In this document: one piece after another, positions 1-9,941 of the stretch
Layout of the letters: every line of letters starts with the position of its first letter
Numbering within the stretch: the stretch's first letter is position 1
Source: Candidatus Hydrogenedentota bacterium
GTDB taxonomy: Bacteria > Hydrogenedentota > Hydrogenedentia > Hydrogenedentales > SLHB01
DNA: 64,000 nucleotides
Direction: 5' to 3'
Assembly: GCA_963668025.2 (NCBI GenBank)
Contig: CAXXTH010000010.1
Span: 1,248,001-1,312,000, forward strand
Program-made: the position numbers and the translations under genes
Notes under the pieces: generated by a model
The model's database searches: none
Told to the model about the DNA's origin: nothing
The model's input: the letters and a program-made list of their open reading frames with translations, nothing else

Positions 1-903
1 AAAGACAAAAACGCCGCGAAAAGCACGATCTTCCTGGTGTGCCGCCCACGGGCGGTTGTAACGGATAAGACGATCACGTATTGGGAAGAGGTCGAGCCGA
101 AGGTGGTGGCGGTGGTGCGCGAGCGGGTCAAATATTTTCAGGACAACGGCATCCGGGGCGTGGATTTATACCTGTCGTGTTTCGGTCCGGCGCTGGAGGT
201 GTTCTCGGAACACTGGCCGATGCAGCGGGGCCGCGCCATGCAGAAGCCGGAACCGGCCAAAGGGGCGCAGTTCCAATTGCTCGAGGAGGAAGACTGGGAT
301 CCCTATGCGGTGCGCCCGGAAGACGCCTTAAACGCCGCGCGGGCCGCCGTGAAAGAATGGCGCTTGGACCAATTGACCCGCGTGAAGCGGCAGGGCCGCC
401 TGGATCCTGTAACGGAATTTTACGTGCTGGCGTGGGACGCCTTCGAGTCGCCCCAGTTCCCGGCGGACGAGGCGTTGAAGCTGGCGCGGGTGGTGGGAGT
501 GAGTTTCGACCAGGAGCTTCGGGGCAAGGTGCTGGAACTCAAGGGCGGAGACGTGATCTTGTGGGATAGCGCGAAGCGGGCGCAGAAGGGGGCGCTGGGA
601 ACGGCCCGCCCGGCCGTGATGCTCAACGTGCTGCACCATGCGGCCCGGCTCGGGCGCGAGCAGAACACCGGCGCGGGCAAGCAATTGCTGGAGCAGCTCG
701 AGGTGTTGTCCGACCCGGTTTTCAAGACGGCCTTGGAGACGATGCTGAACGTGCTCCCGGCCCCGGCGCTGGCGGCGGGTTCGAGCGCGTCCATCGCAGG
801 CGCTGCCGCCGACGCCGCCGCCCTCGAAAAACTCCGCCGCCTCTGCTTCACCGACGACGATGTCCCGCCGCCGGAGCAGATGTGGTTTCAGGTTAATACA
901 TAG
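1..903 (+). CDS. DUF1156-family adenine-specific DNA methylase, C-terminal part (5' truncated by window)
   Basis: Frame 1 is open from base 1 (KDKNAAKSTIFLVCRPR...GIRGVDLYLSCFGPALEVFS...LDPVTEFYVLAW), typical of DUF1156 methylase C-termini. It lies upstream of a PLD-SNF2 helicase. Confidence 0.8.
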   Translation, partial: KDKNAAKSTIFLVCRPRAVVTDKTITYWEEVEPKVVAVVRERVKYFQDNGIRGVDLYLSCFGPALEVFSEHWPMQRGRAMQKPEPAKGAQFQLLEEEDWDPYAVRPEDALNAARAAVKEWRLDQLTRVKRQGRLDPVTEFYVLAWDAFESPQFPADEALKLARVVGVSFDQELRGKVLELKGGDVILWDSAKRAQKGALGTARPAVMLNVLHHAARLGREQNTGAGKQLLEQLEVLSDPVFKTALETMLNVLPAPALAAGSSASIAGAAADAAALEKLRRLCFTDDDVPPPEQMWFQVNT

Positions 904-912
904 AGGGTGTTC

Positions 913-1740
913 ATGCAGCATTGGCATCCAACCCAGATTGAGCGTTATATCCGGTCTGCGGAAAGCAGCACCAGGGTGGCCCGGGTCCGCACCGATGCAG
1001 GCGACGCCTATATGAAGGCCCTGGGCAATCCCGAGGGGCCGCATGCGTTGGTGCGTGAGTATGTAGGCACGGCGCTGGCGGAATGGTTTGGTTTGCCGAC
1101 TTTCGAGTATGCGATTGTTGAACATGATGGAGTGGTTGATGTGCCGGTTGGAAATGGAGAATGGGCGCAGCCGGGCCCGGCGTTCCTGACTCGGGCGCAT
1201 GAGGGACATCCATGGAGCGGCGGCCCAAAAGACTTGGAGAAGGTGGAAAACGTGGAAGTCTTTGCCGGGTTGGTCGTATTCGATACGTGGGTAAGAAACC
1301 GAGACCGGTGCCCACCACAGGAAATGGACCTGCCGCCGAATCGTGACAATGTCTTTCTTTCAGAGGAGGAAGCATCGCCGGGCATGTCGAGGTTGATAGC
1401 GATGGATTTCACGCATTGTTTTCAGGAGAGTTCCTCATTGAGCCGTCACATATCCAGTATCGCCAACATCCAAGACAACCGCATTTATGGATTTTTCCCA
1501 GCGTTTCGGGATTACCTGAATGCTGATACGATCTGTTGTGCAAAAAAGCGGTTCGCCAAGGTGAACCAAGAGGTTATAAATGGTATCTTGAATCGTGTGC
1601 CTAAAGGATGGGAACTCGATGCTCGAACGCGAGCAGCCGTTGGGGAATTCCTTGTTCAACGGGCTCGTTATCTAGATGATCGACTTGCAGATATGCTGTA
1701 CCCCTATTCGGCGGAGCAAGGGGAACTTGAAATGAGCTGA
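913..1740 (+). CDS. HipA-like Ser/Thr kinase (HipA_2 type)
   Basis: Motifs AYMKALGN..LVREY (Lys/alphaC Glu), FDTWVRNRDR (catalytic loop), NVFL and IAMDFTHCF. ATG at 913 follows GAGGG; the ORF track starts at GTG 907. Confidence 0.8.
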   Translation: MQHWHPTQIERYIRSAESSTRVARVRTDAGDAYMKALGNPEGPHALVREYVGTALAEWFGLPTFEYAIVEHDGVVDVPVGNGEWAQPGPAFLTRAHEGHPWSGGPKDLEKVENVEVFAGLVVFDTWVRNRDRCPPQEMDLPPNRDNVFLSEEEASPGMSRLIAMDFTHCFQESSSLSRHISSIANIQDNRIYGFFPAFRDYLNADTICCAKKRFAKVNQEVINGILNRVPKGWELDARTRAAVGEFLVQRARYLDDRLADMLYPYSAEQGELEMS

Positions 1741-1762
1741 AATTTTAGGCAGTATTTACGTG

Positions 1763-1812
1763 TTGATTCTGCAAAAATGCGGTATATTCTTTTCGGGAAT
1801 ATCAGGAGGAGG
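1763..1812 (+). promoter_or_regulatory. Possible internal sigma70 promoter and strong RBS for the DUF3037 gene
   Basis: TTGATT(1763)-16 nt-TATTCT(1785) in an AT-rich 80-bp gap; AGGAGGAGG at 1804-1812. Confidence 0.4.
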
Positions 1813-1820
1813 TAGCGGTT

Positions 1821-2612
1821 ATGGATGGGCAAAAAGGCTACTATAGCTTGATTCAGTATTGCCCGGATCCATCTCGGGCAGAGGCTGCGAACGTGGGAGT
1901 GCTTTTGTTCTGCCCAGCGTTGAACTACATCGACGCACAACTTGCGCGCGGCAATGACCGGGTAACGCACTTCTTCGGAAAAGACTTGGCTCTTGATCTA
2001 AAGCGGCTAAACACATACAAACTGGCCATGAAAGAACGTCTGTCGATCGAGAAAGACCGATTCAAATCACTGGCCGACCTGGAGCAATTCATCCGCACAC
2101 GCGCCAACGAGATACAAATTACGGAGCCGAGATCGATCCGTGTGGTCGAACCGGAGCGGCAACTTGAAGAGCTTTTTAGGGAGCTTGTCGGCGGGAGAGA
2201 ACACCATGTTCTTGCAGAGACAGCTACTGACTTTCCGGAACTAAACTGCTTTTTCAAGCAAACTCGTCTGCATGATCGCGTTCAGTTTGATCTTAGCGTG
2301 AAAGTCCCAGTTCTTGATCGAGAGATCAAAATCCCCTACGCCTACACGAATGGAGTAATGAATCTTGTGAAGCCACAGAAATTGGCGGCGGGTTTTCAAG
2401 GCGTCGAGAAAGCCATGGCGCTGGCCTATGAGGGTGAATTGATTAAGAACGAAACACGTCAGCTTGTCGTGGTTCTATTTGGTGAAGACACAGAGCGCGG
2501 GCATGATACGGAAAGCGAAGCAGTCCGCGTACTCCAACATAAAGAAATCAAGACAGTGACTCGTGTGCAACTACCCGACTTCGAAAAGGAAGTCGTTGCC
2601 CAAGCACATTAA
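1821..2612 (+). CDS. DUF3037 domain protein (long form)
   Basis: N-terminal YSLIQYCPDPSRAEAANVGVLL signature and LEELFRELV; DUF3037 is the usual downstream partner of HipA_2 kinases. Confidence 0.8.
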   Translation: MDGQKGYYSLIQYCPDPSRAEAANVGVLLFCPALNYIDAQLARGNDRVTHFFGKDLALDLKRLNTYKLAMKERLSIEKDRFKSLADLEQFIRTRANEIQITEPRSIRVVEPERQLEELFRELVGGREHHVLAETATDFPELNCFFKQTRLHDRVQFDLSVKVPVLDREIKIPYAYTNGVMNLVKPQKLAAGFQGVEKAMALAYEGELIKNETRQLVVVLFGEDTERGHDTESEAVRVLQHKEIKTVTRVQLPDFEKEVVAQAH

Positions 2613-2645
2613 ACGCTTATTGCTGCCGAGAGGGGGAAGTGTTAC

Positions 2646-5600
2646 GTGCAGACTCCGGCTGGTTCGTCTTTCGACCCAAACCTTCTTCGCAATCATAACT
2701 GGGCGCCGTCATACAGCCACGAGGACGGCGACCTCGTCAACCTCTTCTTTCTACCCGCCCTGGGGTGCGCCAAGCTATATCAACGCGTAACCGGATATTT
2801 CAACATAGAAGCGCTGGTGCTGGCGGCTCGCGGCCTCGACACGCTCATCCAGAATAAGGGCCGGATGCAGTTGATCGTGGGCTGTACGTTGGAACAGGAG
2901 GAAGTGGACGCCATCGAGGGCGGGTATGCGATACGGACCATTATCGAGAAGGCGATCCATAAGCGACTTAAGGACTATATCATCAAGGAATTCGACCGGA
3001 AGCAGCTAGGCTACCTATCCTGGATGGTTGCCTTTGGACACCTTGATGTGCGCGTGGCGGTTCCAAAAGATGCGGATGGCAAATTCGGGCCTGGCCTGGG
3101 CTTGTATCATGCCAAGTCGGGGCTCCTGGTGGACGCCGCCGGGGATAAGCTGGCGTTTCGAGGCTCCATTAACGAGACCTTTGCCGGATGGAAACAGAAC
3201 TGCGAATCGTTCGATGTGAGTTGCTCATGGCGGGGAGAGTGGGACCTCCAGCGGGTGCAGAAGACCGAAGAGGAGTTTCAGAAGCTCTGGGCGAACAAGG
3301 CGAAAAGCGCCGAGGTCATCGAGGTGCCAGAGGCCGTCAAGAGGGAATTGCTTCAATTCCTCCCCGCGGATGATAGTTTTATAGCGCCGCCCGTGAAAGG
3401 GGGCCTGGATGCGCCACTGGAAATAGAGCCTACAGTGGAGGAGCCGGTCGTTCTCGAAGGAACAACTGAAGAAGTCTTGCCTCCTAATGATGTGAAAGAA
3501 CAATCGCCATACCAGGACCGCAGAGATTTCTGGCGTTTCATCCGAGAGGCTCCGAAGCGGGAAGATGGCGTCTTGGTGGCCGTCAAGACAAGCACCATAG
3601 AGCCCTGGCCGCATCAACTGCGGGCATACAAGCGGATGCTGGATCGATGGCCATTCCGCCTGTTGGTGGCGGAGGAGGTCGGTTTGGGGAAGACTGCGGA
3701 AGCGGGCTTCATCATACGCCATCTATTATTGAGCGAGCGTGCGCGGCGCATTCTGATCATGGCGCCGAGTGGAATACTTCGCCAGTGGCAGGCGGAGATG
3801 TATGAAAAGTTCAACCTGCTCGCGCCGATCTACACGGGACAATCATTGGTCTGGCCAGAGCATCATTTTCGGCGGAGTCCGCTGGAGGAAAGAGTCAGCC
3901 GTGAAAGCTGGACTGAACAGCCCATCGTATTAGTATCCAGCAACCTGGTTCGCCGGAAAGAACGTCAGAGAGAGGTGTTAGAGGCGGAGGACTGGGACCT
4001 GATCGTCCTCGATGAAGCGCACCATGCCCGCCGTCGCGGCGCCGGAACGCAACAGGAATACAGGCCGAACCGGTTGCTAGGATTGATGCAAAAGCTCAAA
4101 GATAAGACCCAGTCATTGCTATTGATGACAGCTACGCCAATGCAGGTGGATCCCGTGGAGATATGGGACCTTCTGAGTCTGCTGGGGCTTCCTCCCGAGT
4201 GGACGGAGGCGACCTTCCTTGAGTATTTCGAGGCGTTAGCCTCAAATCCTGACGAAGAGAGCCTATTCAAACTGGCGAAACTTTTTCATGCTACAGAGGC
4301 CACGTACGGGTGTCTCCGAGATGAGGACGTGGAGAAGATAGCACAAGGACTGAAGCTGTCGAGGATTGACTGCACCAGGATTCTGAAGGCGTTACGGGAG
4401 AAGAAGACGGTGATCCCGCTAAAGCGCCTCTCAACGACGCAGCGGAAAGCTGCGATGGCCGTGCTGCGAGCAGGCAGTCCCGTGCGGCATCTGATGTCGA
4501 GGCATACCCGCACTTTGCTGCGGGAGTATTCAAAGAAAGGGCTCCTCACCTCGCCAATCGCGGAGCGCGATGTGCGCGATATAGCGGTGGAAATGTCGCC
4601 TTCGGAGCGGACGCTATACGAAGCAGTGGAGGAGTATATTCGGGCCGTATACACGGCCGCGGTGCCAGAAAAGCGTACAGCGGTCGGATTTGTGATGACA
4701 ATTTACCGGCGTCGCGTGGCCAGCAGCTTTAATGCCCTACGGAGAACCCTAGAGAAAAAGCTAGCGCGTCTGAATGCCCACGGTGTCGAACAGGTCGATG
4801 AAGCCCTAGAAGAAGATGTGTCACAGGATGAAGAGGTGGACGAGGTCGCCTCGGCGGAGGATGCCGCCAGTATGGATGCGGTGGCCTTGGACTTTGAGCA
4901 GCGCGAGTCTATTCAGCAGTTGCTGAAGTCAATCGCGAAGCTGGGAACGGATAGCAAGGCCTTGCGCCTGATAAAAGAATTACAGGAAGCCTTTTCCGCA
5001 GGCTACGGCGGCGCGATCGTTTTCACACAGTACACAGACACCATGGATTTTCTCAAAGACTTCGTGGGAGACAGAGTAGATTTGCCCATCGGATGCTATA
5101 GCGGATCCGGAGGCCAGCGCCGGGATCTGAATGGTGCGTGGACCTCATGTTCAAAAGAGGAGATCAAACGCCTGCTACGGACAGGCGAAGTCAAGGTATT
5201 GATCTGCACGGATGCGGCGGGCGAGGGACTGAACCTTCAGACCTGTGGGGTTTTGGTGAACTACGACCTTCCATGGAATCCGATGAAGGTCGAACAACGT
5301 ATCGGGCGTATAGACCGTATAGGGCAAAAATACTCAACGGTAAGAGTGGTCAACATGGGTTATGCGGACACGGTGGAGGTGGACGTTTATTTCGCCTTAA
5401 GCCAACGGATCGGCTTGTTCAATGGCGTAGTGGGGAAATTACAGCCTATACTGTCGCGGTTGCCTAAAGAGTTCGAGCGAGCGGTGCTCGGAAAAGCGGA
5501 AGGTAGAGAACAAGCCCGCTATGAAGCGTTATCGCATATGCAAGAATTGGTGGATGATGCCGAGACCGCCGCTTTCGATATAGACGCCGTGAGCGAGGCC

Positions 5601-5891
5601 GATCTCCAGCCGCCCCAATTCCCGGATCCGCCGTATCTGCCCAAGGATCTGGACCCAATCCTTCACAGTGAAATAATGCTGCCGGCCGGGGTGGAATGCA
5701 GGGAACTCGAACCCTACACCTATGCGGTCCGATTGCCTGGTAGCAACGAAGAGGCTCGTGTAACAACCCGGCCTAGTATTTTCGACGAGCATTTCGAAAG
5801 CCATCAATTATTCCTGCCCGGCAGCCCACTCTTCGATGCCGTATGCGCCCGTGGCGTTGAAAGCTCGGAGAGCCCTCAACCTTCGCAATAA
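2646..5891 (+). CDS. PLD-nuclease / SWI2-SNF2 helicase fusion (restriction-like defence system component)
   Basis: N-terminal HAKSGLLVD...GSINET PLD motif; EEVGLGKT, DEAHH, TATP, TDAAGEGLNLQ, NYDLPWNPMKVEQRIGRIDRIGQ helicase motifs. Confidence 0.9.
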   Translation: MQTPAGSSFDPNLLRNHNWAPSYSHEDGDLVNLFFLPALGCAKLYQRVTGYFNIEALVLAARGLDTLIQNKGRMQLIVGCTLEQEEVDAIEGGYAIRTIIEKAIHKRLKDYIIKEFDRKQLGYLSWMVAFGHLDVRVAVPKDADGKFGPGLGLYHAKSGLLVDAAGDKLAFRGSINETFAGWKQNCESFDVSCSWRGEWDLQRVQKTEEEFQKLWANKAKSAEVIEVPEAVKRELLQFLPADDSFIAPPVKGGLDAPLEIEPTVEEPVVLEGTTEEVLPPNDVKEQSPYQDRRDFWRFIREAPKREDGVLVAVKTSTIEPWPHQLRAYKRMLDRWPFRLLVAEEVGLGKTAEAGFIIRHLLLSERARRILIMAPSGILRQWQAEMYEKFNLLAPIYTGQSLVWPEHHFRRSPLEERVSRESWTEQPIVLVSSNLVRRKERQREVLEAEDWDLIVLDEAHHARRRGAGTQQEYRPNRLLGLMQKLKDKTQSLLLMTATPMQVDPVEIWDLLSLLGLPPEWTEATFLEYFEALASNPDEESLFKLAKLFHATEATYGCLRDEDVEKIAQGLKLSRIDCTRILKALREKKTVIPLKRLSTTQRKAAMAVLRAGSPVRHLMSRHTRTLLREYSKKGLLTSPIAERDVRDIAVEMSPSERTLYEAVEEYIRAVYTAAVPEKRTAVGFVMTIYRRRVASSFNALRRTLEKKLARLNAHGVEQVDEALEEDVSQDEEVDEVASAEDAASMDAVALDFEQRESIQQLLKSIAKLGTDSKALRLIKELQEAFSAGYGGAIVFTQYTDTMDFLKDFVGDRVDLPIGCYSGSGGQRRDLNGAWTSCSKEEIKRLLRTGEVKVLICTDAAGEGLNLQTCGVLVNYDLPWNPMKVEQRIGRIDRIGQKYSTVRVVNMGYADTVEVDVYFALSQRIGLFNGVVGKLQPILSRLPKEFERAVLGKAEGREQARYEALSHMQELVDDAETAAFDIDAVSEADLQPPQFPDPPYLPKDLDPILHSEIMLPAGVECRELEPYTYAVRLPGSNEEARVTTRPSIFDEHFESHQLFLPGSPLFDAVCARGVESSESPQPSQ

Positions 5892-6023
5892 AATGCTCAT
5901 CGAGCTGTCAGCTTTCGGGGCCGTTTCCATGAGTATTCTTTGTTCCTTCGAGGGGGCTGGGTGCATGTGAATAAATTCGCCCCGGTAACTGTCGAAAGAT
6001 GGGGGTAAGCTCATCCTTTCAGG

Positions 6024-7169
6024 TTACTCCTGTTGCCTATTTCTCATCGCACTATATTTTCCTTTACGATGAGCCACCTCGAACATTGCAATGATGTTCT
6101 CCGGGGGAACATCAATCATATGATTGCATGACGCCAGGATAAATCCGCCTCGCGGCGCAAAAAACTTGATCCGTTCCCGAACTTCATTCACCAGCGCATC
6201 CACCGTATCCCCTGTCTTTTCGATTGAGCCGTGAAAAGTGATTCGATCTCCATAAGCTGCCTTTAATTGTTCTGGGTCCATTCCCCGCGTGGAGGTCTGT
6301 ACAGGATTCAAGATGTCAACATGTGCATCAATCAAATCGGGAATCACCTCGAATACCGAACCATCGGTATGGCGAAATATAGCCGCATGGGGCGCGTTCT
6401 CACGGATGAAGCTGTTAAGCTCGCGGTCCGCGGGTTTTAAGAACGTTCGATATAAATCTGGGGAAATGAGCAGGTTTTGCTGAGTTCCCAAGTCATCGGC
6501 TGTTTCAACAACCTGCACATAGGGGCCGATCTTATCTAGGAAGATACCATAAATCTGTTTATATATTTCCAACAGGCGGGCGATCAGATGATGGGCCAGT
6601 TCCGGTGTGGCCACCATGGCCATCAAGAACTCCGGCATTCCCATGAGCTGGCAAGCGCGGTCTAGCAATCCACGCGATAATGGATTGCGGGCAACCAGGG
6701 CGTAATCCGTATGGTGAAACATTTCCTTGGCTAACGATTCCAGGCCATCCGTGGAGAACAGATCTTGGGCCTGGGGCCAGGGATAGGCATCAATATCCTC
6801 GACGGTCTTGATATGCTGCAATGGGCTCTGTAGTGTATTGATATACAGCCCATCTTTTTTACAAGGTATTCCCCACGAATCGGTGAATTCATCTTCACCT
6901 TGAGCGCTGTCTACGGGCGTTTTTTTCTCAGGCAAGAAAATCCGCCGGAAATCAATATCGAAATATTCTAGAATACGCTCGTCATAGTAGTTGGCGCTTG
7001 TGCCGGAACGGACAGGAGGAATCGGCGCCAGTCCCAGGTAATCCCGGAGCCGCAGGTAGGTGGGATCCAGAAGCATGCACGCGTTGCCCATCATATCCAA
7101 AGGTATTCGGTCCGGTTCCTGATGATTGATCGCCATGAGCACTCGTTCCCGATGATTGGGTCCTGCCAT
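6024..7169 (-). CDS. Uroporphyrinogen decarboxylase (URO-D/MtaA-like) family protein
   Basis: RERV..AINHQEPDRIP start, DDLGTQ, HTDG, DILNPVQ, GGFIL..NH..PPENI.AM. Confidence 0.88.
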   Translation of the reverse strand: MAGPNHRERVLMAINHQEPDRIPLDMMGNACMLLDPTYLRLRDYLGLAPIPPVRSGTSANYYDERILEYFDIDFRRIFLPEKKTPVDSAQGEDEFTDSWGIPCKKDGLYINTLQSPLQHIKTVEDIDAYPWPQAQDLFSTDGLESLAKEMFHHTDYALVARNPLSRGLLDRACQLMGMPEFLMAMVATPELAHHLIARLLEIYKQIYGIFLDKIGPYVQVVETADDLGTQQNLLISPDLYRTFLKPADRELNSFIRENAPHAAIFRHTDGSVFEVIPDLIDAHVDILNPVQTSTRGMDPEQLKAAYGDRITFHGSIEKTGDTVDALVNEVRERIKFFAPRGGFILASCNHMIDVPPENIIAMFEVAHRKGKYSAMRNRQQE

Positions 7170-7270
7170 TTAAGCCACTCCTTATTGTGAAGATGGATTC
7201 TTCCATTGGCTTCGATCACGCCCGCCTTCTTGATCCAATGCCATACCTGGAGGCAAGCTAATCGCCGCAT

Positions 7271-8302
7271 TTACCGCGCGTTATTACCCATAGCTAAAAC
7301 AACAATTCCAACAACCAAGAATGCCAGCCCGGCGAAAAGACAGGATTGGCTCTTGCGGCTGGACTTCTTCCATTCTGACGTGAGAAATCCCATGACGTTT
7401 GCTAATAACAGACCGGTGGAAAGACAAAGCGCCCATCCCACCGTGGTTCCAAATTTCCCCAAGTATTGAGTGCCAAGCCCATAAAAGAAAAGTATTAAGA
7501 AATGAAGCAAAGCCATAATGGCCACTAGAACCAAGTTAAAGCCAGCGCTTGATCCCGTAAAATTTTTCCATGTAGACTTTTTTCCTAGGAGATAAATCGA
7601 GTAGATGCCGCTGGAAAGAAAACCGCCCCAAAAGACGAGAATCCACACAGAAAGCGTTGCGATCACTGGTGAGTTGCCGTAGGCTTTGGATGCTTCGAGA
7701 ATGCCATTTCCAAAACTGAAGGCCAGATTAACGCATGGGCCAAGAAATCCGGCTATGATGCAAATCAATATTCCCTTCCCCATTTTTGGGGCGGTTTCCT
7801 TTGCTTTCAGGCCTCCTTCTGCTTGCGAACGTTCCCGTAGCAGGCCGGCCCGGCCGCAGATGCCCACACCGACACTGCATACAACAATCCCAGAGATGAC
7901 CACCCATCCTGCTGAAGTAAATGCTTCTTCCGTATGCTGAGTCAGCAAAGGGACCAACGAGCCTACTACCACACTCAATCCCATCATGATGGCATAACCC
8001 ACCGAGATGCCTGCCAAATGGATTCCCAATCCAAAAAGGATCATTCCCAAACCCCATAACAAGCCAAAGGCAAATGGGATCATTAGAGCGTTGAATCCAA
8101 CTTGACGCCAAATGGCAACACCGCTCTTGAGAAAAAGAAGGGCGAACAAAGCGGGGATGATCACCATGGTGAATAAATAGAATGCGCCCCAAGTATTCTC
8201 CCATTCAAACTTTTTAACATACTTTTGCGGCACGGCAAGCGTTCCGTTACAAACGGCGGCCAACAAAATGAAAACCAATCCGAGAAATAAATTCGTCTCC
8301 AT
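7271..8302 (-). CDS. RhaT-family (L-rhamnose/H+ symporter-like) sugar permease
   Basis: About 10 TM segments with NGTLAVPQK..K.FEWENTW, GLLWGLG and SEWK motifs of the RhaT/DMT family. Confidence 0.82.
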   Translation of the reverse strand: METNLFLGLVFILLAAVCNGTLAVPQKYVKKFEWENTWGAFYLFTMVIIPALFALLFLKSGVAIWRQVGFNALMIPFAFGLLWGLGMILFGLGIHLAGISVGYAIMMGLSVVVGSLVPLLTQHTEEAFTSAGWVVISGIVVCSVGVGICGRAGLLRERSQAEGGLKAKETAPKMGKGILICIIAGFLGPCVNLAFSFGNGILEASKAYGNSPVIATLSVWILVFWGGFLSSGIYSIYLLGKKSTWKNFTGSSAGFNLVLVAIMALLHFLILFFYGLGTQYLGKFGTTVGWALCLSTGLLLANVMGFLTSEWKKSSRKSQSCLFAGLAFLVVGIVVLAMGNNAR

Positions 8303-8360
8303 ATGCGTGTTCTCCTATAAAGAGCAGTAGCACACGATTCTTTTGCTACATGCCAATCGG

Positions 8361-9281
8361 TTAAGCGAATGATGTTTTGAAGTTTTCCAAGTCTTTTCTT
8401 GTCGGCAAGCCATCGATCACGCCTAGGTGCTTTGTGGTGTATGCCCCGGCGAAACTGGCCCACTCAACCGCGTCGCGAAAAGCTATGCCATCCCCAAGTC
8501 CAACGGCCAAAGCCGAGTTAAAGCTGTCGCCCGCTCCGGTTGAATCAACGGCTTGAATAACTACAGAGGGTATCTCTTCACAACCATCCGGGGTAACAAT
8601 GAGAGAGCCATGTTTTCCGCGTGTCACCACGAGGCGTTTGGCGCCAAGTCCCAAGATTCGATTGGCCAGCTCGGGCGTCGGCGTGGGATCATCCGGCGCC
8701 AAACCAAGCATAATCCGGACTTCTGTTTCATTTGGAGTTAGTATATCCACATTTGCCAACAATGTTGGCGGAAATGATGTCGCAGGCGCAGGATTCAGAA
8801 TGGTCATGACGCCGTGTTTACGCCCAAGCTCCATGACGCGAATCACCGTATCGATCGGTGTCTCAAATTGGCTTAATACGATATCACTTTTTGCGATAAT
8901 AGCTTCCGCAGCATCGACATGCTCCGGACGCAACAGTGCATTGGCACCCAGATGTCCAACAATCATGTTTTCGCCGGTGGGGAGCAGTGTGACGCAACCC
9001 ACGCCCGTATTAACTCCTGGAAATTGATGTATAAACTCCTGTGATATGCCTTCTCTTTGATAGAGAGACATGGCCATATCCCCGAAGACATCCTCACCGA
9101 TGCCGGCCAATAGGCATACCTGAGCGCCCAAACGAGTTGCGGCAATTGCTTGATTGGTTCCCTTCCCCCCTGGGCCACAATCAAACAAGTCGCCGATGAG
9201 CGCTTCACCCAAAACAGGCATACGAAGCACGCGGACGGTAATGCCCGCAAAGAAACTACCTAAAACAAAAATCTTCGACAT
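8361..9281 (-). CDS. Ribokinase / PfkB-family sugar kinase
   Basis: GGKGTNQA, TPNETE, DSTGAGDSF; start set at MSKIFVLGS (9281). Confidence 0.9.
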   Translation of the reverse strand: MSKIFVLGSFFAGITVRVLRMPVLGEALIGDLFDCGPGGKGTNQAIAATRLGAQVCLLAGIGEDVFGDMAMSLYQREGISQEFIHQFPGVNTGVGCVTLLPTGENMIVGHLGANALLRPEHVDAAEAIIAKSDIVLSQFETPIDTVIRVMELGRKHGVMTILNPAPATSFPPTLLANVDILTPNETEVRIMLGLAPDDPTPTPELANRILGLGAKRLVVTRGKHGSLIVTPDGCEEIPSVVIQAVDSTGAGDSFNSALAVGLGDGIAFRDAVEWASFAGAYTTKHLGVIDGLPTRKDLENFKTSFA

Positions 9282-9348
9282 AAGATCCCCCCTATATTCG
9301 GGCCAGCATTCGCGCCCAAGATGATTTGGCGTGTATTTGTCCAAAGAA

Positions 9349-9906
9349 TCACTCTAAGTTTGCATGATATTTCCATAAATCTACTTTATCCGGCCGTCGA
9401 TCATAAATCATTTGCGTTACGATATCTCCAAACAAATGCAGGGATTGATCAAAGAGCGCGGTCATCGGCTGGATGGATTCTATTCCATTTGCGCTATCGT
9501 TTTTTGTCGGGCAAGGCAGATGGACGGCAAAATCGCTTATTGACTTGATGGTGGAAGCCCGTGCTGCCGTAATAAGGCCCAATCGGGCGTCCTTGGACTT
9601 GGCAATTTGGGCGATCTGCACGGGCAACTTACTTTCACCGGATCCGCTGGCGATGAGCATAAGATCCTCCGGCCCTATAGGCTTCTCATTCATTGAACCG
9701 ACGAGTTGGCAATCGATACCCAAATGGCCCAAACGCTTTCCAAAACATTGAAGCGATAAAAATACCCGCCCTACAGCAAAGAAAAATACACGTCGGGACT
9801 TCTGGAGTTCCAGGATCAACCGATCCACCTCACCGCTATCCAGATGCTCAATTACATATTTATTTTCCATCAAAATACATTGCGCCGTTTCTGCATAAGT
9901 AGCCAT
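9349..9906 (-). CDS. SIS-domain sugar-phosphate isomerase (6-phospho-3-hexuloisomerase-like)
   Basis: VGRV, KRLGHLG, ASGSGES, IQPMTALFDQ and C-terminal HANLE typical of PHI/HxlB. Confidence 0.85.
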   Translation of the reverse strand: MATYAETAQCILMENKYVIEHLDSGEVDRLILELQKSRRVFFFAVGRVFLSLQCFGKRLGHLGIDCQLVGSMNEKPIGPEDLMLIASGSGESKLPVQIAQIAKSKDARLGLITAARASTIKSISDFAVHLPCPTKNDSANGIESIQPMTALFDQSLHLFGDIVTQMIYDRRPDKVDLWKYHANLE

Positions 9907-9941
9907 TGCACTCTCTTCTTTCTATATCAAATTAGTTTTAA

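Noticed and set aside
3660-3700. Helicase motif I reads AEEVGLGKT instead of ADEVGLGKT
   Set aside because: Conservative change; GKT, DEAH and motif VI are intact, so there is no evidence of inactivation.
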